From Candidatus Dadabacteria bacterium (GTDB lineage: Bacteria; Desulfobacterota_D; UBA1144; Nemesobacterales; CSP1-2), in NCBI GenBank assembly GCA_963805855.1, contig CAWDVW010000003.1, positions 17,151 to 81,150 on the forward strand: a stretch of 64,000 nt of DNA. The letters run 5' to 3'. The translations under genes and the position numbers were made by a program. Of the stretch, positions 58,871 to 64,000 are shown piece by piece (the first letter of the stretch is position 1; each line of letters begins with the position of its first letter). The notes under the pieces were generated by a model that made no database searches, was not told the DNA's origin, and saw only the letters and a list, made by a program, of their open reading frames with translations.

Positions 58871-59311
58871 ATGAAAGGTATCATAATTACAGTAGTGATA
58901 ATTTCAAGTCTATTCTTGGGGATGAGAAGCGATGCACAAGGGGAAGAATCATCCGACTTAGAATTGGTAGTGGCCGATTATGCAGCTTCAGATTCTCTAT
59001 ATATGTCTATAAATAAAGGTGACGATTGTGCTAAAACTTTGGCGAGACTTATTCACAAGGGACACATGATACGGGAAATTCACGGCTCACAGTCTCAGTT
59101 CCAATCACTGTCAGCAGTAGAGGCACTTGCCCGACGAGATACAGGTATAATCTTTTACTCGCTCACTGCTTATTGGCCGCCGACATCCGTAGTTCTAACC
59201 TGTGGCTTGTTTTCAGAGTGTAATGATGAACTTGATAATGATTCAGATGGAGAGGTTGACTGCGGCGATGAGGACTGTGCAGATTCTCCATTTTGTGGTG
59301 TTGCAAGGTGA
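58871..59311 (+). CDS. Secreted protein with C-terminal Cys/Asp-rich metal-binding-like motif
   Basis: AAGGAGG SD, signal peptide, tail ECNDELDNDSDGEVDCGDEDC. Confidence 0.72.
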   Translation: MKGIIITVVIISSLFLGMRSDAQGEESSDLELVVADYAASDSLYMSINKGDDCAKTLARLIHKGHMIREIHGSQSQFQSLSAVEALARRDTGIIFYSLTAYWPPTSVVLTCGLFSECNDELDNDSDGEVDCGDEDCADSPFCGVAR

Positions 59312-59647
59312 TCGCGATAGTCATATTGTTGTTTAGATAATTCATCGAAGTTTACTCAGCAATAGCCCCAAGCTCTTTTAAGCATAATGTGAGTGAATTT
59401 TTGGAATGGAGAGCTTGGGGTTGAGGTGCGTTATAGCTATTACCTAAATTGGATGAAGTTTAAAAAGAAACTCGTTATTTCATGCACGGTTTTCTATAAG
59501 AATAAAGTTTCCCATGAACGTATGTGAGATATTTTAGTAAGAAACTCGTATTTCATAGACACCTCTTCCGAAATCCCATTCACTTAGCACCGGTTAGCCT
59601 CAACTATCTATGATATGTAACTTACTTGAATTGTGCTTAGACTTTTT

Positions 59648-59725
59648 TGGCAGCCCCTACGGGATTTGAACCCGTGTTTCTGCCTTGAGAGGGCAATGTC
59701 CTAGACCAGGCTAGACGAAGGGGCC
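59648..59725 (-). tRNA. tRNA-Glu (anticodon CTC)
   Basis: GGCCCCTTCGTCTAGCCTGGTCTAGGACATTGCCCTCTCAAGGCAGAAACACGGGTTCAAATCCCGTAGGGGCTGCCA: cloverleaf, GGTTCAAATCC T-arm, encoded CCA. Confidence 0.96.
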
Positions 59726-59948
59726 GTGATTTTTATTTGTAATTTATCATATAGCCCGATTAATTCAATAAGAAGGTGCGGGGCTGAGAGGAAGCGCGAC
59801 TGCTTCGCTAGGGCCTGGACTGAACAAGTCGGAGCGCTCGCAAATGAGCCCTTTTCACTTTCACCAACTCGTGCGGGTCCTATCATTACCGTAGACGTGA
59901 GATATTTCGGGGAATCTTTAAGAGCGGTTTCCTGATTCATCTTAGTTG

Positions 59949-60142
59949 TCCTTTTTAACTTCTTTGTCTTGATACAAAGAAGCAAAAATCAAGGCTATCC
60001 AAAAATTTGCTAAAAATCATAAACTCCGACTAAAAAATTTAATTCAACCGCAACCCGCAAATTTTTCTTTACGTCTCCGTTTATGATTTTCTTAACGCAA
60101 TTTTTGGAAGGCCCTTTAAGTCCTTTTCATTATGAAATGGGC
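59949..60142 (-). repeat. Dispersed structured repeat, copy D
   Basis: Reverse complement of 1431-1626 with scattered substitutions. Confidence 0.9.
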
Positions 60143-60185
60143 GCTCTTTTCTGAAAATAGGGGCATTGCTGTTCCGCTTCGCCGC

Positions 60186-61568
60186 TCACCACTTGGAAAT
60201 CTCCTTTTTATTTTCCTTGATCATTTTTAGGACATTTTGTTTTGATGTGCCGCTTAGCGATTTTCTGCTCGTTACCGAGCCCTCTAGATTGAGGAGTTCA
60301 AGCGCTTCTTCCTCGATTTTTGATGAGAATCTTTTGAGCTCGGATATAGATAGTTCGAAAATCTCCCTGTCCTTCTGCTCAGCGTACCTGATTATTTCTC
60401 CGGTAATCTCATGAGCCTGTCTAAACGGTACACCCTTTCTGGCAAGGTAGTCTGCCAGATCTGTTGCAAGTGTGTGTCCTTCCACGGCTGCTTTTTTCAT
60501 ATTCTCAGGCTTGAATTTTAGGTTTCTCATCATCTCTATCATGATTTCAAGGCATGATTTAACGGTGTCGACCGTGTTAAACATCGGTTCTTTATCTTCC
60601 TGCATGTCTCTATTGTAAGAGAGTGGGAGGCCCTTCATCAATGTGAGGACTGTAATAAGATATCCATATACCCTGCCGGTCTTTCCCCTTATCAGCTCCG
60701 CAATATCGGGATTTTTCTTCTGAGGCATAATGCTCGATCCTGTAGTAAATTCGTCCCCTAGCTCAATGAAGTCGAACTCCTTGCTAGACCATAGAACAAG
60801 TTCCTCTGCGATTCTGCTCAAGTGCATCATAAGTGAGGCTGAGGTTGAAATGAATTCGACAATGAAGTCTCTATCACTGACACTGTCGATGCTGTTTCTA
60901 GTTATTTCTGGAAATCCGAGGAGTTTGGCCACATAGTGTCTGTCAATTGGAAAGGATGTCCCAGCGCCCGCACCCGCACCGAGGGGCATGACATTTACCC
61001 TTTTGCGGCCGTCAACGAAACGACCCCTTTCACGTCTCAGCATCTCAAAGTATGCGAGCAAGTGATGTGATAGCAATACGGGCTGCGCCCTCTGAAGATG
61101 CGTGTAAAGGGGCATGATTACATCCAGATGTTTTGAAGCCAGGTTCAGCAATGTTGTCGAAAGTCTCTTAATCAGATTGAGGATCTCATCAATTTCACCT
61201 CTTAAATAAAGGCGCATGTCGAGGGCGACCTGGTCATTCCTGCTCCTTGCTGTGTGAAGTTTTCCGCCAACTTCGCCTATCTTATCAGTTAGGCGTTTCT
61301 CGATGTTGAGGTGTATGTCTTCATATTCCTCCCTGAATGGGAATGTGCCGGTTTCTATTTCCCTTTGAATTTCCTTTAGTCCTTTTACTATCTTCTCGGA
61401 TTCAATTTTTTGAATGATACCTGTCCTACCCAGCATCTTCGCATGCGCTATGCTACCCTCAATATCCTCTCTAAAGAGTCTTTTATCTACCTCGATAGAC
61501 GCAGAGAATTTCTCAGCTAACTCATGTGTGCCTCTGTTAAACCTGCCCTGCCATGGTTTCTTAATCAA
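60186..61568 (-). CDS. argH: Argininosuccinate lyase
   Basis: WQGRF, HTARSRNDQ, YTHLQRAQP, GSSIMPQKKNPD, YNRDMQEDKE. Confidence 0.97.
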   Translation of the reverse strand: MIKKPWQGRFNRGTHELAEKFSASIEVDKRLFREDIEGSIAHAKMLGRTGIIQKIESEKIVKGLKEIQREIETGTFPFREEYEDIHLNIEKRLTDKIGEVGGKLHTARSRNDQVALDMRLYLRGEIDEILNLIKRLSTTLLNLASKHLDVIMPLYTHLQRAQPVLLSHHLLAYFEMLRRERGRFVDGRKRVNVMPLGAGAGAGTSFPIDRHYVAKLLGFPEITRNSIDSVSDRDFIVEFISTSASLMMHLSRIAEELVLWSSKEFDFIELGDEFTTGSSIMPQKKNPDIAELIRGKTGRVYGYLITVLTLMKGLPLSYNRDMQEDKEPMFNTVDTVKSCLEIMIEMMRNLKFKPENMKKAAVEGHTLATDLADYLARKGVPFRQAHEITGEIIRYAEQKDREIFELSISELKRFSSKIEEEALELLNLEGSVTSRKSLSGTSKQNVLKMIKENKKEISKW

Positions 61569-61667
61569 ATTCAGCTCCTCAAATTTGAGCTTCTTATATC
61601 TCTCGGAATGTTAGCATAAACAAACAAACCCCATTCATCAATAACATTTTAACATTATTGATTTTTC

Positions 61668-62909
61668 CTAGCCCAACTCAATCCTTTCCTCAGTGCCATA
61701 AATAAGCCCAACTATAAGTGTAAGTAGTTCTCTGAGTTGCTCTGTTATTAGAAAGTTGTTGCGTACAAATTCCCTCGCCCTTTCTCCCATCTCAAGTAGG
61801 ATTTCCGGATGATGCATCAGGTAGCGTATGCGAAGCGCCGCCCCCTCCGGGGTGCTTACACGAAAACCAGTCTGGTGATTAACTACCTGTAGCCTGATGC
61901 CTCCGGTATCCCCGCCTATGACTGCTTTACCCTTCCACATAGCTTCGGTTACAGTCAGACCAAAGCCCTCTCGTAATGATTTTTGAAGCACTATGTCCGC
62001 TAGACGCTGAAGTGCGTTAATGGTACGGGGAGCGTCGGGTGGCAGCATAATTATGTGTATATCGGGATCATCCCGAGCTGCCGTTCGCACTTCGCCCAAT
62101 ACAATTTTTCCTTCAGGGTCATCCGTGGCTCCTCCGCCTGCGAGAACCAGCTGGATATTGGGTAAGAAGGTTTTTGTGAACCGATATGCCTGGATCACTC
62201 CAAGAGGGTCCTTAAATCTGTCGAATCTTGATACCTGCAGCATAACGGGCCTCAAAGGATCAAGCTTAAATCGCTCGTGGGTTTCCTTGATCTCTTGTTC
62301 ATCAAGATCAATATTCTTCTCACTCAAGGGGTCAATACTGGGCGGTATTATGTACTGGGGGTGTGGAAGTGGTTTCGAAAAATCGGCCAACGAAAACACA
62401 CTCGCGTCGTATCCGGAGACGAACTTTCGAAGATATTTCCAGACTGGGAGGTATGGATGACTCACGTCGATATGACATCGCCAAATCCATTTACCTTTTC
62501 GATTCGGACAGAATTTAAGGAGAGGCGCAGGCTGGGGGTCGTGAATAAATACGAAATCTGCCTCTTCGAGTGTGTTTCTGAGCCCCTCAGCGTTTTTTGC
62601 GTTGGTATCTTCATACACGTGTAAAAGGGATTCCGGAATGATAACTTGCGCACCTTGCAATGCGTTGTGCATATTCTTGGTGCATTGAAAAAATTCATTC
62701 TTGCCTGTGATTACTTCCCATTTGGTTTCTATACCCAGCTCATTCATTAGAGGTATAAGCTTTGCCAGTATCTCCGCAACGCCACCACCAAGTTTTGTAG
62801 AGTTTACATGTACCAACTTCATTCCTCTCAGGCGAGCGGAAAGCTGGGTGATATGTTCGATAACATCCTTACCCGCTACCTGGGCATAGGCTTTCATTAA
62901 ATCGGACAT
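61668..62909 (-). CDS. treT: TreT-like trehalose synthase (GT4)
   Basis: HVNST..GGGVAEIL, HNALQG, IHDPQP, WRCHID, SRFDRFKDP, EGFGLTVTEAMWKG. Confidence 0.85.
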   Translation of the reverse strand: MSDLMKAYAQVAGKDVIEHITQLSARLRGMKLVHVNSTKLGGGVAEILAKLIPLMNELGIETKWEVITGKNEFFQCTKNMHNALQGAQVIIPESLLHVYEDTNAKNAEGLRNTLEEADFVFIHDPQPAPLLKFCPNRKGKWIWRCHIDVSHPYLPVWKYLRKFVSGYDASVFSLADFSKPLPHPQYIIPPSIDPLSEKNIDLDEQEIKETHERFKLDPLRPVMLQVSRFDRFKDPLGVIQAYRFTKTFLPNIQLVLAGGGATDDPEGKIVLGEVRTAARDDPDIHIIMLPPDAPRTINALQRLADIVLQKSLREGFGLTVTEAMWKGKAVIGGDTGGIRLQVVNHQTGFRVSTPEGAALRIRYLMHHPEILLEMGERAREFVRNNFLITEQLRELLTLIVGLIYGTEERIELG

Positions 62910-63616
62910 CACTGGGCTCCCGTGAAGTAAGCGCTAAAGATGAGCGATAGTTGATGACGCAGTTCAGTCAGGGTTACAAAGTAGGGATCAAGCTCGGCCA
63001 GCCTGTCACAAACCTTTTTGTATTTTACCCCTGAGGCTGATAGCCAAGCACGGAAATCATCTATTCCTTCTGGGGGACGACGCCTGGCGTCTATAAAATG
63101 ATAGAAAACGCTCCCAACTGAAATCCAGGGTATTATCTTTGCCAATTCCTCTGGCATTTTGATCTTGTGATGTGTGTCAAAGACGACGATTTGTGAACGT
63201 ACAAAGTGAAATTGCTGATCAGAACGAGCCCGCGGAATAAATTCGTTTTCATCCAATCTCTGGTCTATGATTTCGATCAGTTCCTGGCGAAGTCCCTCGA
63301 TGTCGCTAAAGTCGGTGGGGTCTATTACGCCTAATCTCTCCGCCAGTTTTGGATCATGAAGCGCATGAGAGGCCCACGCTGAAAAATCGTTGTTGTACTC
63401 TGGATCGACGAACTTTGGCCGGAGGAGACCTCCCCAAAAGTGATAATATATGCAACCAGGGTGAATGGAGCGAAGTTGAGTTTTCAGCTCCTTCAGGTTT
63501 TGCGCTCGCCTTCCGGTTGCAATAGCAATTAGATCACAGTCCTTTATTGCAAATGGTTTTATCTTTTTGTTATCCGGTCCTTTATTTTTGTTAGGTGGCT
63601 TAGGCTTATTTCTCAT
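62909..63616 (-). CDS. DUF5752-family protein (TreT-associated)
   Basis: Two internal repeats (IYYHF..NDFSAW; VFYHF..DDFRAW), directly upstream of treT. Confidence 0.8.
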   Translation of the reverse strand: MRNKPKPPNKNKGPDNKKIKPFAIKDCDLIAIATGRRAQNLKELKTQLRSIHPGCIYYHFWGGLLRPKFVDPEYNNDFSAWASHALHDPKLAERLGVIDPTDFSDIEGLRQELIEIIDQRLDENEFIPRARSDQQFHFVRSQIVVFDTHHKIKMPEELAKIIPWISVGSVFYHFIDARRRPPEGIDDFRAWLSASGVKYKKVCDRLAELDPYFVTLTELRHQLSLIFSAYFTGAQ

Positions 63617-63713
63617 TTTTTGATTGGCAAGAGAATAAACGAACTCCCTAAGATCATGACGAATTCAAAGTAATTTTTTAACATACAACCTAATAGAATG
63701 GAAGAACTATTTG

Positions 63714-64000
63714 TCACACTACCTCTATCGAAACCGGTTCATCTCTGGTTTCTTTTGCTTCGAATCGGTCTAATACTGCGGCTCCCACGGCGTCTCCCCA
63801 TACATTGATGGTGGTCCTGAAACGATCCAGCAGCCAATCTATCGATAGTATCAGTCCTATACCTTCAAGCGGTAACCCCACGGCCTGAAGGACCAGCACC
63901 ATAGTGACGAGTCCGGCCTCGGGTATGCCGGCGGCGCCAATCGCAGCGAGGGAAGCAGTAATAAAAACCAGGATGAGCTTACCCAGGCCAAGATGAATGC
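63714..64000 (-). CDS. Dicarboxylate/amino acid:cation symporter (DAACS), C-terminal part
   Basis: [40 protein letters not shown]; continues beyond the window. Confidence 0.92.
   Translation of the reverse strand, partial: IHLGLGKLILVFITASLAAIGAAGIPEAGLVTMVLVLQAVGLPLEGIGLILSIDWLLDRFRTTINVWGDAVGAAVLDRFEAKETRDEPVSIEVV

Larger units (their letters stand above)
58041..59694. mobile_element. Small tRNA-Glu-integrated islet / degenerate integrative element
   Basis: Bounded by a 47-bp direct repeat of the tRNA 3' end; two small ORFs and no intact integrase. Confidence 0.75.

Noticed and set aside
59701-59985. ORFs 59701-59985 (-) and 59726-59935 (+)
   Set aside because: They overlap the tRNA, its leader and repeat copy D; spurious.
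1-64000. CRISPR array, rRNA, intact transposase or integrase
   Set aside because: No regularly spaced direct repeats with unique spacers, no rRNA-like sequence, and no DDE, HUH or tyrosine recombinase motifs in the ORF track.

Overview
A bacterial chromosomal window, visually moderately AT-rich. The gene content looks Desulfobacterota/Dadabacteria-like, but that is an unverified impression. 1-14 kb is mostly housekeeping and transport: coaE, gltX, grxC, DUF47-Pit, MlaE, MFS, DoxX, NupC, TetR plus an extra sigma70, mtgA. 14.4-22.4 kb is a secreted 2.6-kaa chimera of YD/RHS repeats, 13 Cys-rich InlB-B/Flg_new-like repeats, an FG-GAP propeller and two RTX-type blocks, with no RHS core or toxin tip. 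22.4-28 kb is a patchy accessory zone with bioB, a Tat carbonic anhydrase, a possible solo integron cassette and a PGM1-like ATP-grasp ligase. 28-35 kb holds small stress and housekeeping genes. 35.5-58 kb is a surface-glycan modification locus with GT2, GT4 and GT39/83 glycosyltransferases, methyltransferases including a CmoA-like one, a GlpD-like flavoprotein and three alkaline-phosphatase-fold paralogs with altered active sites. The end carries a 1.6-kb integrase-less islet at tRNA-Glu(CTC), then argH, treT/DUF5752 and a DAACS transporter fragment. The strongest non-coding signal is a four-copy ~170-200-nt dispersed element whose stems show compensatory base changes. Six single-base indels in four genes look like assembly errors. 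No CRISPR, rRNA, intact transposase or intact integrase was seen.
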